The notes: a model not told the origin generated them from the letters alone. Shown: positions 1-11,238, counted from the stretch's first letter. The stretch is 64,000 nt of DNA from an uncultured cyanobacterium (GCA_963803805.1 CAWDOD010000004.1:320001-384000); one strand, 5' to 3'. Program-made: numbers and translations.

Positions 1-2724
1 ATTAGGAGGAGTAACCCGCAGTCTCACTCAAAGAGCAGACCAAGAATATGATAACTTAGTTCAAAAAGATACAGCCTATACTTTGACTATCCGCAATGTG
101 ATGCTACGGATGGTAGCAGTAGGTGGTAGAGAATTAACTCGGAGGCGAGTTCTTCGCTCTGAACTCAAGTATCCTGAATCGGAAAATACCCGGATTCAAA
201 CAGTAATTCAACGTTATACTGAGGCGCGTCTGTTAGTAGAAGGGCAAAATCACCAAGGAGAACCCTATGTAGAACCAGCCCATGATGCTTTAGTGCAGGG
301 TTGGCAAAAACTTTTACAGTGGAAACAACAGGAAGAAGAAAGTTTAATTTTACAACGGCGATTAACACCTGCTGCGGTGGAGTGGCAGAGGGTTGTTAGT
401 CAGAAAAAAACATCTGGTTCAGCTTTACATATTAGCACTGCTGTTGATTGGTTAGATCAACAACTTTCAAGCATTGAAAGTTTATTTACAAAAATCTCCA
501 CAAACTTGGTTCGAGACTTGGCAGCGAACTCGAAGAGATCCGCGTAGCGATGCGCAAAATCAGCATCAACCTGTCCTAGATAAACCTAATGAGTTTCTTT
601 GGAATGCTAATCCTTATCTAGATATTTGCCAAGCAAAACTCAATACCCAGCAAAATTGGTTTAACCAGTTAGAGGTTGACTTCCTTAAACGTAGCATTTT
701 GCAAAAACGTCGTAATGTAAGTTGGCGGTGGCGCATTGCCCTTGGGGTAATCATCAGTTTAAGTGGGTTAACCATTGGAGTTTTGTTTAATCTGAGAAAC
801 TCACAGATTAGGGAAGCTAAGGCTTTGAGGGAAGCAGCAGAAATCAACTTAGCTAATAATCATTCTCTAGACGGGATGATTGAGATTTTACAAGCTGGAA
901 ATACCTTAGAAAAGCCACTTTTACAGATTTTTCCTCCCCCTTTGCAGCTACAAAATCAAATAACAGGAACCTTGCAAACAGCAGTTTACACAGTCAGGGA
1001 ACGCGATCGCCTATCAGGTCATCAACGTCCGGTTAGAAGTGTAGTATTTAGCCCCAATGGTCAGCAATTAGCCACCAGTGGAGATGATGGCATCGGTCGT
1101 TTATGGAGTCAGCAGGGTCAGGAATTACAAAAATTGGACAAACAGCAAGGTTCTGTAAGCAGTATTAAGTATAGTCCGGATGGTCAACTAGTTGCTACAG
1201 TAGGTGATGATGGCTCGAATCCGTCTGTGGAATCTTCAGGGGGAGTTAGTCAAACAATGGAATGCTCAACAGGGTCAGTTATGGGGAATTGAATTTAGTC
1301 CCGATGGTGACTTCATCGCTAGTGAAGGTAACGATGGAACAGTGCGATTATGGGACTTGCAGGGGAACTTCTTAAGAGAATTAAAAGGGCATCAAAAGCC
1401 AGTAAGAAGTATCAGTTTCAGTGCAGATAGCGAACGGATCGCTAGCGGCTCAGATGATGGTACAATCCGTCTGTGGAATCTCCAGGGTCAAGAACTAGTA
1501 AAAATTCCTGCTCATCAAGGAACTGTAAGTAGTCTAAGTTTTAGCCCCGATGGTCAACGACTTGCTAGCACAGGAGAAGACAGCTTAGTGCGAATGTGGA
1601 ATATACAGGGCAAGTTAATCTCGGAATGGGAGGCTCAACAACTTAAACTTTGGGCTGTAGCATTTAGCCCTAATGGGCAAAAATTAGCTACGGCAGGGGG
1701 AGACGGCACTGTTAAAGTTTGGGATTTACAAGGTCAAGAATTAGATAAGTTTGTCGCCCACAAAGGGCCCGTTAGAAGTCTCAGCTTTAGTCCCGATGGT
1801 AAGCAGTTAGCTAGTAGCGGCGATGATACGATGGTTCGTATCTGGGATTTACAAAGCCAAGAATTAAAAGCATTTGTTGCTAAAAATCTAGCTAATGAGA
1901 ATACTTTAAGTACAGATGGGGAGAAAATAGTTAGCGGTGGTAAGGATGGTACTATTCGCTTGTGGGATCTCCAAGGACAACCTTTAGGCAAGACATTTAA
2001 GGCTCATTCTCACCCTGTTGAAAGTGTGGCTTTGAGTACAGATGGGGAGAAAATAGTTAGTGGTGGTAAGGATGGTACTATTCGCTTGTGGGATCTCCAA
2101 GGACAACCTTTAGGCAAGCCATTTACAGGTCATTTAGATGGGGTCAACAGTGTTGCTTTCAGTCGAGATGGTAAGAAAATAGTTAGTGGTGGTGAGGATG
2201 GCACTATTCGCCTGTGGAACTTACAAGGACAACCTTTGAGGGAGGAGCCATTTACAGGTCATTTAGGTGGGGTCAATAGTGTTGCTTTTAGTCGAGATGG
2301 TGAGAAAATAGTTAGTGGTGGTGAGGATGGTACTATTCGCTTGTGGGACTTACAAGGTGAGTGGAAACGAGCCTTTCAACTCTATCAACCTCAAGTAACT
2401 TCCGTAACCTTTAGTGCAGATGCCAAGAGGATTATCAGTAGCGATAACATAGGTCGTATTTTAATCTGGGATTTGCAAGACCCTCAAGGGCAACTACCAA
2501 TGGTAGTATGGCAAACTCAACAGCCTACTCTTAGTAGTATTAGTTTGGATTCAGAGGGTAAATTGCTAACTACTTTAGGAAGCAACGGTAGTGTCAAATT
2601 GTGGTCATTTCAATCATCCGATGAACTAATGCAACAAGCTTGCCGATGGGCAGGTAACTATTTAAAAAACAACCCCGGTATCGAAGAGAGTAATCGCAAT
2701 CTCTGCAATAACATAAAGAACTAA
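1..2724 (+). pseudogene. C-terminal part of an nSTAND1-type NTPase / TM / WD40-repeat protein, broken into three frames (shifts near 510 and 1218); begins upstream of the window
   Basis: The frame from nt 2 reads LGGVTRSLTQRADQEY...VEPAHDALVQGW, typical of the post-NTPase region of caspase/CHAT-nSTAND1-WD40 proteins. A TM helix (WRIALGVIISLSGLTIGVLF) and many WD40 repeats follow. Removing one A at ~1218 restores GDDGSIRLW. May be an assembly artefact rather than a true pseudogene. Confidence 0.8.
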
Positions 2725-2898
2725 TTTTCCCAAATAATTAATGGTATTCCTTTTTTGAAAAGGTTGCTCTGTCTAGCATAGAGAATATCCACTCAGAAGT
2801 CAGAATCATCACTGAAAATATACCCATAACAAAAATTTGGTTTAAACTAAAAAGTCGGCAAGATTTAGATGAGAAAGTTGCGGAAGCTTCTAATAGTA

Positions 2899-3136
2899 TC
2901 GTCTATGCAGGCTACTACAACTTCACTGTTAATACTACATTCAAACATATAGCTATCTAGCTGACTTTTTCTATTCAATAACCCTAAAGTATTTAAACGT
3001 TTACTTCTTTGACTTGCTCCCGGTTTCTGTTGTCCCGATTTCTTGCCAAGCGTAAGGGACACTTGGTATCAAACAAAAGCCGACCTCATCTACATATCTT
3101 ATGTCTATTTCTCCTCGTTTTTCTCTTTGAATCAGT
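2899..3136 (-). mobile_element. IS630-family transposase remnant (frameshifted internal fragment)
   Basis: Minus strand reads GEIDIRYVDEVGFCLIPSVPYAWQE, then in another frame RLNTLGLLNRKSQLDSYMFECSINSEVVVACID, matching the DDE_3 region of cyanobacterial IS630 transposases. Confidence 0.75.
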
Positions 3137-3175
3137 ATAGTATGGCGATCGCAACCTTAAAAATCTTAGTAATGA

Positions 3176-3367
3176 CTATATATCCCTATCTTTCCCTGGA
3201 GAACGTGAACCTCCAAATTGACCAAATCCTTTTTTAGTTTTGGTATTATCATCATCTGATTCTTTCTTGTCAGAATCCGCGACCGCAGCTTCCTCTGATT
3301 GACTATCTTGACTAGAATCCGATGATACCTGTTCTTCAGGATTTTTTTGAGATTCTGTATTTTCCAT
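3176..3367 (-). CDS. small acidic low-complexity hypothetical protein (likely start MENTESQ)
   Basis: ORF with Ser/Glu/Asp-rich composition; no recognisable domain. Confidence 0.4.
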   Translation of the reverse strand: MENTESQKNPEEQVSSDSSQDSQSEEAAVADSDKKESDDDNTKTKKGFGQFGGSRSPGKDRDI

Positions 3368-3603
3368 ACCTAGCTTCTCGCACCTAACCTGCAAACCAAA
3401 TCCTAACTTAAATAAGTAACTTTTTCTATTAGAAGTATCGTTTTGATACAAAAATTATTACCTATTACTTAAGAGTATGCCAAGAAAAAAATGATCCAGA
3501 AGCTATAGGTGTTTCGCGTTTCGCGTAAGCGTTGCCGCAGGCTAGCCTTGTCGTAAGACTAAGCTAATAGCTAATAGCTAACAGCTATATTAACTTAAGT
3601 ACT

Positions 3604-6600
3604 CTAATCAACTGCCCCTAAAGCCTTAAGAGTATTTTTCTGAGAAACAGTTAAACCACTAACATTCTTAATATTCATCCCCTCATAGGGGCGATCAACC
3701 CTCATAGTTTTGACACATTCCCCTGTTTCAAGCTGCCAAACCTTCAAAGTTTCATCCTCCCCACCACTAACTAAAACCTCACCATCGGCACTAAAGGCAA
3801 TGGAACGGATCGCTTTATCATGCCCTTGCAAAGTTTTGACAACCTCACCAGTCTCCAGATCCCACAACTTAACCGTCGTATCATCACTACCACTAGCTAA
3901 CACTTTACCATCAGGGCTAAAAGCAATTTTTCTGATGCGATCGCCATGTCCAGATAAGGTTTGTAAATATTTCCCTGTCTCAATATCCCAAAGTTTAATC
4001 TTCCTATCACCGCTGCCACTGGCTAGAATCTTTCCACTAGGACAAAAAGCCACTGATAAGACCCAATCCCTATGACCAGATAAGGTTTGCAAACACTCTC
4101 CTGTACTAACGTCCCATAGCTTGATAGTTGTATCATCACTACCACTAGCTAACACCTTACCATCTGGACTAAAGCCAATAGTCTTAACCTGTTGGCTATG
4201 ACTCTGTAAGGTTTGCAAACATTCCCCCGTCTGCCAATCCCACAGCTTGATAGTTTTGTCACCACTACCACTAGCAAAAATTGTTCCATCTGGGCTAAAG
4301 CTAATACTATGTACCCAATGTTCATGACCCCAAAGTGTCTGCAAACATTCTCCTGTACCGGTATTCCAAAGCTTAATAGTTGTATCATCACTACCACTAG
4401 CTAAAATCAGCTTATCTCCTCGGTTTTCTGGCAGAAAAGCAATTGCTGAAACAAGATTACTATGACCTTGCAATATTCCTAAACATTGCCCCGTCTCAAT
4501 ATTCCACAATCTCACCTGTTGGTCTTCACCGCTACTGGCTATGATTTGATCATCTAGACTAAAAGCAACAGACAAAATCCAATTGCTATAACCTACTACA
4601 GTTCGCAAACACTGCCCTGTAGCAAAGTCCCATAACTTCATAGTTTGGTTTTCGCTAATACTCAATAAGTTTTGACCATCTGGATTCATAGCTACTAACC
4701 AAATGCGGGAAGCAGTTTGATTGCCTTGAGGTGAATTGCTATTCTCATTAAGAGTTTGCAAACATTTTCCCGTAACCACATCCCAAATTTTTACCGTCAT
4801 ATCTTCGCTTCCGGTAATTAAATTTCGCCCATCTGGACTGTAAACAATTGACCACACTTCACTATGATAATCAGGTAATGTCTTGAGACACTCGCCGCTG
4901 TCTAAATCCCAAAATTTCACCGTGGTATGATCGCTTCCTGTCACCAAGGTTTGACCATCTGGACTCAAGGCAATGGCTAAAACCCAATTAATGGGGATTT
5001 CCAATACTTGCAAACAAGAACCTGTATTAACATCCCACACCCTTACAGTTTGGTCTTCACCACCAGTAACTAAAGTTTTGCCATCGGCACTAAAGCAGGT
5101 AAAAAAGACGCGATCGCTATGGCCTAATAAAATGCTAGAACACTTTCCAGTCTTGACATTCCACAACCTCACAGTCTGGTCATTGCTACCACTAGCAAGG
5201 ATATTTCCATCAGAACTAAAAGCTACTGCTTGTACTAAACTAGTATGACCCCGCAGAGTCTTCAAACATTGCCCAGTTTCGACATTCCACAACTTTATAG
5301 TCTGGTCATTGCTACCACTAGCTAATATTTGCCCATCGGGACTAAAAGCTACTGCTTGCACCCAAGCACTATGACCGCTGTAAGTTATCATGTGTTTAAG
5401 GTTAGCAACTTCCCATAACCAAATTTCATGATCAAGACTAGTAGCTAGTTGCTTGCCAGTCGGGCTAAAAGCAGCGGCAAAAACTCCCCCTAAAGTTCGA
5501 GTTACAGTAGAACGACTTAAGTCTGCATTGGCAAAATTGACATGATGCAAATTCATCCCCTGTAGGTAAGCTTGCCAAACAGTTAAATTAGAAAAATCAT
5601 AACCCTTCAAGTCAATGTCCAGTTGCCAAAGGAGATTGAGGAAATTTCCCCCTGCATATCCAGGTTTTCTAGGTTCGGAAGATTTTAAAGTTGCTAAGAT
5701 TTTATCTAAATAGCTTTGTACATTTCCGCGCATCCCTAGAAAGTTAAGTAGCTTATCGGCGATAGGCTTGAGAATAAGTTGAATTTGACTATTTCTGATA
5801 TAATCCTTGGCTTGGGCTTTAATTAAACTCAAACTTCCCAACAATCCTACCTCTCCAGTTTGGATCTCCTGACAAACCTCTTCAATTAAGCGATCAACTA
5901 CATACTCCATAACTACAGGCTGTTGAGTAAACTTACCGGCATTTTTTTCAATCAGCGATCGCAGTTTTAAAGATTCTAAAGCTGCCAACAAATCCTTGAA
6001 AGCGACTGGGGGAATGATATCTTTTTGTAACTCCTTAAACGACACCCACTCTCGATTAATAGTTAACCAGTACATGAGTTGTCTTTCTAAATTGGGTAAG
6101 CGATGAAACTGTTGGGCTAATAAATCAGCAATATCACCAAAAATAATCGTTCCTTCTGCCAAAAACTGAGTAACATCCCCATCGAACAACTCACTAATGG
6201 TTGTACCTACAATCTTCAAAGCTAAAGGATTTCCAGCATAAAAATCCACCAGAGTTTGACAATCTTCCCCAGAGACAGAAAGCCCTTTTTCTGAGAGAAT
6301 TTTTTTTCCATCTTGCTGAGTTAAACCTAATAAACTTAAAGAACGGATTGGTAAGTCTATGCCTTCTTTGATGCTAATTTCTTTAGGTTTCTCCCTCGTC
6401 GTCAACACCAAACAACTTTGATGGTTCGTTTCACCCCAACAGCGAAGTAAATGCCCGTATCCTTCATATCCTTGGCGATAAACCCCTGTCTGTTCATCAC
6501 CTAACAAAATAGACTCGGCGTTATCTAAAACAAGTAGACAACGCTGCGATCGCAGATAGTTAATTAAGCTCGAAATTTTACCATCTAAACTTTCAGGTAA

Positions 6601-7158
6601 ACTTGTTTCTTGCTGCTGGGACAAAAAGTTAATTAGCTCGTTTAAAAGTTCATTAAGGGGTGGCGCATTTCTTAAACTCCGCCAAATCAGAAACTCAAAT
6701 TCTGATTGTAGAAGTTGGGCTATCTTTACAGATAAAGATGTTTTGCCAATACCACCCATACCAACTAAGGCGATAAGTCGGCAATTATCATCAACAATCC
6801 ATCTTTCTAACGTCTCTAATTCCTCACTGCGCCCGTAGAAATTAGAAACATCAACAGCTTCTCCCCAATCTTGATAGCTTTTAAGATTTTCTGGTGTTGT
6901 ACTTCTATCTTCCTCAACAATCTGTGATGGCACAGCAAAATCAAGATCAGCAATATCTCTCCAAGAGAGGGACAATTTCTGAGAAAGTTCTTCAAAAGTA
7001 GCAAAGTCAACGGGTTTCCCGGTAAGGAAATTACTAACAGTGGCTAAAGCTAATCCTACATCCTCTGCCAATGCCCTCTGAGAGCGAAAGCCATTACGTC
7101 TAACTGCCAGCTTCACTTTCTCAACGCACTGAGGATGAACTTTGAGAGATCTAGCCAT
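3604..7158 (-). CDS. HTH - NB-ARC (STAND) - pentapeptide - WD40 repeat protein
   Basis: N-terminal XRE-like HTH (SQRALAEDVGLALATVSNF), DWGEA/FYGR motif, Walker A GMGGIGKT, Walker B LLVLDNAE, GNPLAL, about 14 WD40 repeats, RPYEGMNI C-terminal motif. Confidence 0.92.
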   Translation of the reverse strand: MARSLKVHPQCVEKVKLAVRRNGFRSQRALAEDVGLALATVSNFLTGKPVDFATFEELSQKLSLSWRDIADLDFAVPSQIVEEDRSTTPENLKSYQDWGEAVDVSNFYGRSEELETLERWIVDDNCRLIALVGMGGIGKTSLSVKIAQLLQSEFEFLIWRSLRNAPPLNELLNELINFLSQQQETSLPESLDGKISSLINYLRSQRCLLVLDNAESILLGDEQTGVYRQGYEGYGHLLRCWGETNHQSCLVLTTREKPKEISIKEGIDLPIRSLSLLGLTQQDGKKILSEKGLSVSGEDCQTLVDFYAGNPLALKIVGTTISELFDGDVTQFLAEGTIIFGDIADLLAQQFHRLPNLERQLMYWLTINREWVSFKELQKDIIPPVAFKDLLAALESLKLRSLIEKNAGKFTQQPVVMEYVVDRLIEEVCQEIQTGEVGLLGSLSLIKAQAKDYIRNSQIQLILKPIADKLLNFLGMRGNVQSYLDKILATLKSSEPRKPGYAGGNFLNLLWQLDIDLKGYDFSNLTVWQAYLQGMNLHHVNFANADLSRSTVTRTLGGVFAAAFSPTGKQLATSLDHEIWLWEVANLKHMITYSGHSAWVQAVAFSPDGQILASGSNDQTIKLWNVETGQCLKTLRGHTSLVQAVAFSSDGNILASGSNDQTVRLWNVKTGKCSSILLGHSDRVFFTCFSADGKTLVTGGEDQTVRVWDVNTGSCLQVLEIPINWVLAIALSPDGQTLVTGSDHTTVKFWDLDSGECLKTLPDYHSEVWSIVYSPDGRNLITGSEDMTVKIWDVVTGKCLQTLNENSNSPQGNQTASRIWLVAMNPDGQNLLSISENQTMKLWDFATGQCLRTVVGYSNWILSVAFSLDDQIIASSGEDQQVRLWNIETGQCLGILQGHSNLVSAIAFLPENRGDKLILASGSDDTTIKLWNTGTGECLQTLWGHEHWVHSISFSPDGTIFASGSGDKTIKLWDWQTGECLQTLQSHSQQVKTIGFSPDGKVLASGSDDTTIKLWDVSTGECLQTLSGHRDWVLSVAFCPSGKILASGSGDRKIKLWDIETGKYLQTLSGHGDRIRKIAFSPDGKVLASGSDDTTVKLWDLETGEVVKTLQGHDKAIRSIAFSADGEVLVSGGEDETLKVWQLETGECVKTMRVDRPYEGMNIKNVSGLTVSQKNTLKALGAVD

Positions 7159-7304
7159 AGCTTATTTCAGAACGACTTTAAAAATTCTATCAGTAGTCCT
7201 CCCTAAATCAGTCAAAACTTAGAAACAAGTCAGGTTTTCCTAGTCCGTAAGTCAGTATACAGCTTGTTTTAGTGGATATAGAAGAGTTAGACAAGATATA
7301 AGCA

Positions 7305-7841
7305 ATGACTAATATTTTAATAAATGATGCTAATCCTGAAACTAAGAACTTATTAATGAAATGCTTGGAAACAGGAGGATTTGATGTTATCACTACAGAA
7401 GATGGACTAGTCCGCGTTCAGTTAGCCCAAAAGCAATCTTATACTAACAACCAATTATCAAAAGCAAATCAATTTGTTTTCCCTTCAATACCTCGACTGC
7501 GTGAAGTATTTGAGTTTATTGAGCTAAACTATCACCACAATATTAAGCTCAAAGAAGTTGCTCAAGCAGTGGATTATTCCTCAGCTTATTTAACCGATTT
7601 AGTACGGAAACTCACAGGGAAAACAGTCAACAATTGGATCATTGAACGCCGCATTGCCCAAGCCTGTAGATTACTTTTAGAAACGAACTATTCTGTTTAT
7701 CAAATTTCTTTAGAAGTAGGTTATCAAAATCTCAATCATTTTTATTGTCAGTTTCGTGATCGCCTTAATACTACTCCAAAGGCTTGGAGAGAAGCTTCCC
7801 TTAACTGTAGTCGAAAGAAAGTTAACATCTCGGCGGAGTAA
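7305..7841 (+). CDS. AraC-family transcriptional regulator with truncated receiver-like N-terminus
   Basis: C-terminal AraC double HTH (LKEVAQAVDYSSAYLT...VGYQNLNHFYCQFR...TPKAWR). Confidence 0.88.
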   Translation: MTNILINDANPETKNLLMKCLETGGFDVITTEDGLVRVQLAQKQSYTNNQLSKANQFVFPSIPRLREVFEFIELNYHHNIKLKEVAQAVDYSSAYLTDLVRKLTGKTVNNWIIERRIAQACRLLLETNYSVYQISLEVGYQNLNHFYCQFRDRLNTTPKAWREASLNCSRKKVNISAE

Positions 7842-8272
7842 ATGGAAGTATTTGGAAGAAAATGGGGTAGTGGTGTCAAGGTAATGACATCGCTACAGCA
7901 TAACCCTCTTATGTCAGACTCCTGTTTTTCCTATTATTTGAACTTTCTGGACAAGAGCTATACTAAAGGATACAGAGTTTACTCATCTGATTTTGGTGAT
8001 TTTGCTGTCCACAAGAATTTTTAGTTAGAAAAAAGCTTGCGATCGCATAATATATATAAGCCCCAGAAATCAGAAATGACTTTTGTTTTCGGAAAGTAAC
8101 AGAAGAAAAAATCAGGAATATTGAAGTAATTAACCAGTACAGTTATCAGTAGAATTTTTTATAGTTAGAAGAGCTTTTTTCACTGTGTAGATAATAACTA
8201 ATAGCTATTTTCCTGCTCTCAATTAATTCGCAGCAAGTTGAACATTCATAAAGCAAAAATATTGTTATTTAT

Positions 8273-8608
8273 TTAACCCACAGCAAACTCGGTCAACTGA
8301 CGCATCTTAGGAGTGTTGAAACCAATCACAATATCTTGCTTTGGCACTCCCATCTCCACTAACTCCTGAGCAACATCAACCTCAGTTGTATTTTGCTCAA
8401 TCCAAATCTTCCCCTCCTTAATACTCAAGTGCATCATACAACCATAAACTCTTCTTTGCTGATTCCAACCAATACTAATAATTTGATAGTGGTCGCGCTC
8501 TAAATCAAAAACCTGTTCCACATCAACCTCACCATAACTAGGTTTGTACTGGGAATAAGTTGTTAGTATCTCCTTAATCTTTTCTCGGTAACTTGCTAAC
8601 TTATCCAT
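8273..8608 (-). CDS. xisI: XisI-family protein
   Basis: MDKL..YR, DHYQIISIGW, GKIWIEQNTTE, GVPKQDIVIGF motifs; overlaps xisH. Confidence 0.93.
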   Translation of the reverse strand: MDKLASYREKIKEILTTYSQYKPSYGEVDVEQVFDLERDHYQIISIGWNQQRRVYGCMMHLSIKEGKIWIEQNTTEVDVAQELVEMGVPKQDIVIGFNTPKMRQLTEFAVG

Positions 8609-9009
8609 GTAGCAATCTCCTCCTTATCTACATCATAAACAACAATCTTTAGCTCGTTTTCTTGAGCAATAATTTGAGTAAAAGCTAACTTAAAAAAATC
8701 GTCATAAACACTCAAAGGAACTGCTAAATATAAAACCCTCTCTGGTTCTTCTAAACGCAATGCTGTGCGGTAATTAATAAATTGTCCCAGGGCTGTATGA
8801 AACTCAGAAATCTTAGAAGCACTAACAAAGTTTTTTACTTCCACAGCTATTTTTTCTGTCCCTTTCTCGGCAGCTAAAAGCTTCTCAACCCCCAAATCTA
8901 TTTGAATATCAACCCCACCACAGCGAATACTCAAAGGGTCATCGGTAATCACCCACCCATCCTTTTCCAAAGCAGAGCGCACAATATCATGGAATAAATC
9001 CCTTGCCAT
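8596..9009 (-). CDS. xisH: XisH-family protein (PD-(D/E)XK-like)
   Basis: MARDLFHDIVRSALEKDGWVITDDP, IAVEVKNF, FHTALGQFINY motifs. Confidence 0.93.
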   Translation of the reverse strand: MARDLFHDIVRSALEKDGWVITDDPLSIRCGGVDIQIDLGVEKLLAAEKGTEKIAVEVKNFVSASKISEFHTALGQFINYRTALRLEEPERVLYLAVPLSVYDDFFKLAFTQIIAQENELKIVVYDVDKEEIATWIS

Positions 9010-9056
9010 AGTTTGATTCTATCCCCACAATCAACCTGATAACCTAACAAATTATC

Positions 9057-10091
9057 TCAAAAAGGTTTAGGCTCAACAATCTTCACCTGCAAAGTACCAA
9101 TCACATATTGCCCCTTCAACGCCGCAATAACCTCCTCAATCTTCGCGTAATTCAACACAACAGAACTACCACTCACCGTAATAGCCTGTAAACTATCCCC
9201 TTCAACAGGAGTATTAATCTCCTCTGGAAAATCCACCGCCACAGAGCCAGAAACAAAAGCCACTCCCTTTAAAGACTGCTGTTGTATCTTCAGCAGCTTC
9301 TCCACCGCCTCCTCATCATTAAAACTCAAAGTCTCCAACCTAGTAGTCGCCTCCTTCCCCACAGAAGTAGTCAACTTCTTCACCACCAACTGCTCACCAG
9401 AATGATAAAGCTTCCCTTCCCTACTCAAAAGAATAAACTCATCATTAGCCAAATCCACCACAAAATAATCACCATCCACAGAAGAGCGATCACCTTTCCT
9501 AAAACCCTGTACCTCCGCCCACACATGATGGTTTGCAGCCTTCTCGTTATACATGGTAATAGCAGAATCCCGCAAACCAAGAGACTGTCCCGCCTTCTGC
9601 ACCACACCCCCTTCTAATACCAGGTGCAAATTAAACAGCAGTATTATAATTGCTCCCACCAACACCCAATACTCCGTCACACTCCCCGTCTCCAACCGCC
9701 GTCGGGGATTAGAACCACACACGCACCACACCGGCTCAGGCCAGAACAACTGTACTCCCTTCTTCGTAAAAGTATCACTAAAACAACTAATCAAATGACC
9801 TAACGGCAGCGCCAACAAAAACAGCACCTTCCCCAAAATTAAACCCACCAACAAACTAGGTAAAGCGATCGCCACCGTAGCCAACAAAGAATGAGTAATC
9901 GTTCTATGGGGATACCTATCCTCAATCCAACTACTGAAAGGGAAACAAATCTGACCAATCAAACTAGTACTAGTATCAATATCAGGTAATTGACTACCAA
10001 TAATCGCCAACCCTAGAGGTAAAGGGTTGAAACTGCCTAGAATGAGTGAGACTCCAGTAGCTGCGATCGCAGCGTGAGTTATCGCCATCAT
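9057..10091 (-). CDS. membrane-bound metal-dependent hydrolase (YdjM/DUF457-like) with soluble C-terminal extension
   Basis: THAA, GSQLPDID, HRTITHS and GHLISCFSDTFTKKGV motifs within several TM helices. Confidence 0.85.
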   Translation of the reverse strand: MMAITHAAIAATGVSLILGSFNPLPLGLAIIGSQLPDIDTSTSLIGQICFPFSSWIEDRYPHRTITHSLLATVAIALPSLLVGLILGKVLFLLALPLGHLISCFSDTFTKKGVQLFWPEPVWCVCGSNPRRRLETGSVTEYWVLVGAIIILLFNLHLVLEGGVVQKAGQSLGLRDSAITMYNEKAANHHVWAEVQGFRKGDRSSVDGDYFVVDLANDEFILLSREGKLYHSGEQLVVKKLTTSVGKEATTRLETLSFNDEEAVEKLLKIQQQSLKGVAFVSGSVAVDFPEEINTPVEGDSLQAITVSGSSVVLNYAKIEEVIAALKGQYVIGTLQVKIVEPKPF

Positions 10092-10134
10092 AAGCAGTTC
10101 TCGGAAATGTTTTTCTCAATACCACCATGCATTT

Positions 10135-11238
10135 CTATTGCCACTGCTTCAAACCATTGTACTCCTTGAGGGCCCGCTCATTACCAGGCTCAATTGCCAA
10201 AGCATTCTCATAGGAAGTCAATGCCTCAGACAGTCTACCTAACTGCTCTAAAGACAAACCACGGTAATACAAAACATCCGCATTCTTGGGGTCTATCTTG
10301 ATAGCCTTATTATACGAAGCTATAGCTTTAGAGTGTTTTCCTGAAGCAGCCAGTGACATACCACGATAGTACCAAGCTTCAAAATAGTTGGGTTCAAGCT
10401 CTAAAGCCCTTTCATGGGAAGCCACAGACTCAGGGTATCTGCGTAGGTAATACAAAGAAACACCTCGATTTTCCCAAACATAAGGAAGATTAGGGTCAAT
10501 TTCCAAAGCTTTATCGTAAGAAGCCACAGCCTCAAAGTATTTGCCTAAATGTTTCAAAGCAATACCGCGATTGTTCCAAGTATCAGGGTCATTAGGGTCA
10601 ATTTCCAAAGCTTTATCGTAAGAAGCCACAGCCTCAGAATCCTTACCTAATCGCTCCAGTACAATACCGCGACTGTTCAAATTAGAAGTATCATTGGGGT
10701 CAATTGCCAAAGCTTTGTTATAGGAAGTTAATGCTTCAGAGTCCTTACCTAATTGTTCCAATAAAATACCACGACTGTTCCAAATAAAAGTATCATTAGG
10801 AGCAATTTCCAAAGCCTTGTCATAGGAAGCTAGTGCCTCAGAAGACTTACCCAACCGGAACAAAGACCAACCATAATAAGACCATAACTTAGCATTTTCA
10901 GGTTCAATCTTCAACGCCTTACTATATGAAGATGCAGCTTCAGAGTAATTACCACAATTCATCTGTGCGGCTGCACGATGAATTAATGCCTCAGTATAAT
11001 TAGGTTTAATCTCCAAAGCCTGGTCATACTTATCCACAGCCTCCTGGTAACGCCCCTTGATACAAAGCTCAACACCCTCATTCACAAGCTGTCCTGCTTC
11101 TTGTCTATCAGAAACAAATCCTCCACAAACCTCAACAAGATCGGCCAAAGAATAATCTTGCTGAACATCTTCAAAAACACAGCCAGATAAAGGGAAAAGG
11201 AGAACTCCCAAGAAGGTGATCCAGTAACAAGATTTCAT
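10135..11238 (-). CDS. TPR-repeat lipoprotein
   Basis: ATG at 11238 gives signal peptide MKSCYWITFLGVLLFPLSGC with lipobox LSGC, followed by about nine 34-aa TPR repeats (SYDKALEIDPN). Confidence 0.85.
   Translation of the reverse strand: MKSCYWITFLGVLLFPLSGCVFEDVQQDYSLADLVEVCGGFVSDRQEAGQLVNEGVELCIKGRYQEAVDKYDQALEIKPNYTEALIHRAAAQMNCGNYSEAASSYSKALKIEPENAKLWSYYGWSLFRLGKSSEALASYDKALEIAPNDTFIWNSRGILLEQLGKDSEALTSYNKALAIDPNDTSNLNSRGIVLERLGKDSEAVASYDKALEIDPNDPDTWNNRGIALKHLGKYFEAVASYDKALEIDPNLPYVWENRGVSLYYLRRYPESVASHERALELEPNYFEAWYYRGMSLAASGKHSKAIASYNKAIKIDPKNADVLYYRGLSLEQLGRLSEALTSYENALAIEPGNERALKEYNGLKQWQ

Noticed and set aside
1909-2360. WD40 or TPR near-identical repeats as a diversity-generating retroelement TR/VR pair
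   Set aside because: No reverse transcriptase in the window; the repeats are in-frame protein units without adenine-specific mismatches
3710-5248. Antisense and alternative-frame ORFs over WD40, crt, ABC, HEAT, caspase and rtcB genes
   Set aside because: Shadow ORFs of well-supported genes, with no recognisable domains
8273-9009. xisH/xisI as evidence of an fdxN excision element
   Set aside because: No XisF-type recombinase or interrupted nif gene is present; xisHI pairs occur widely on their own
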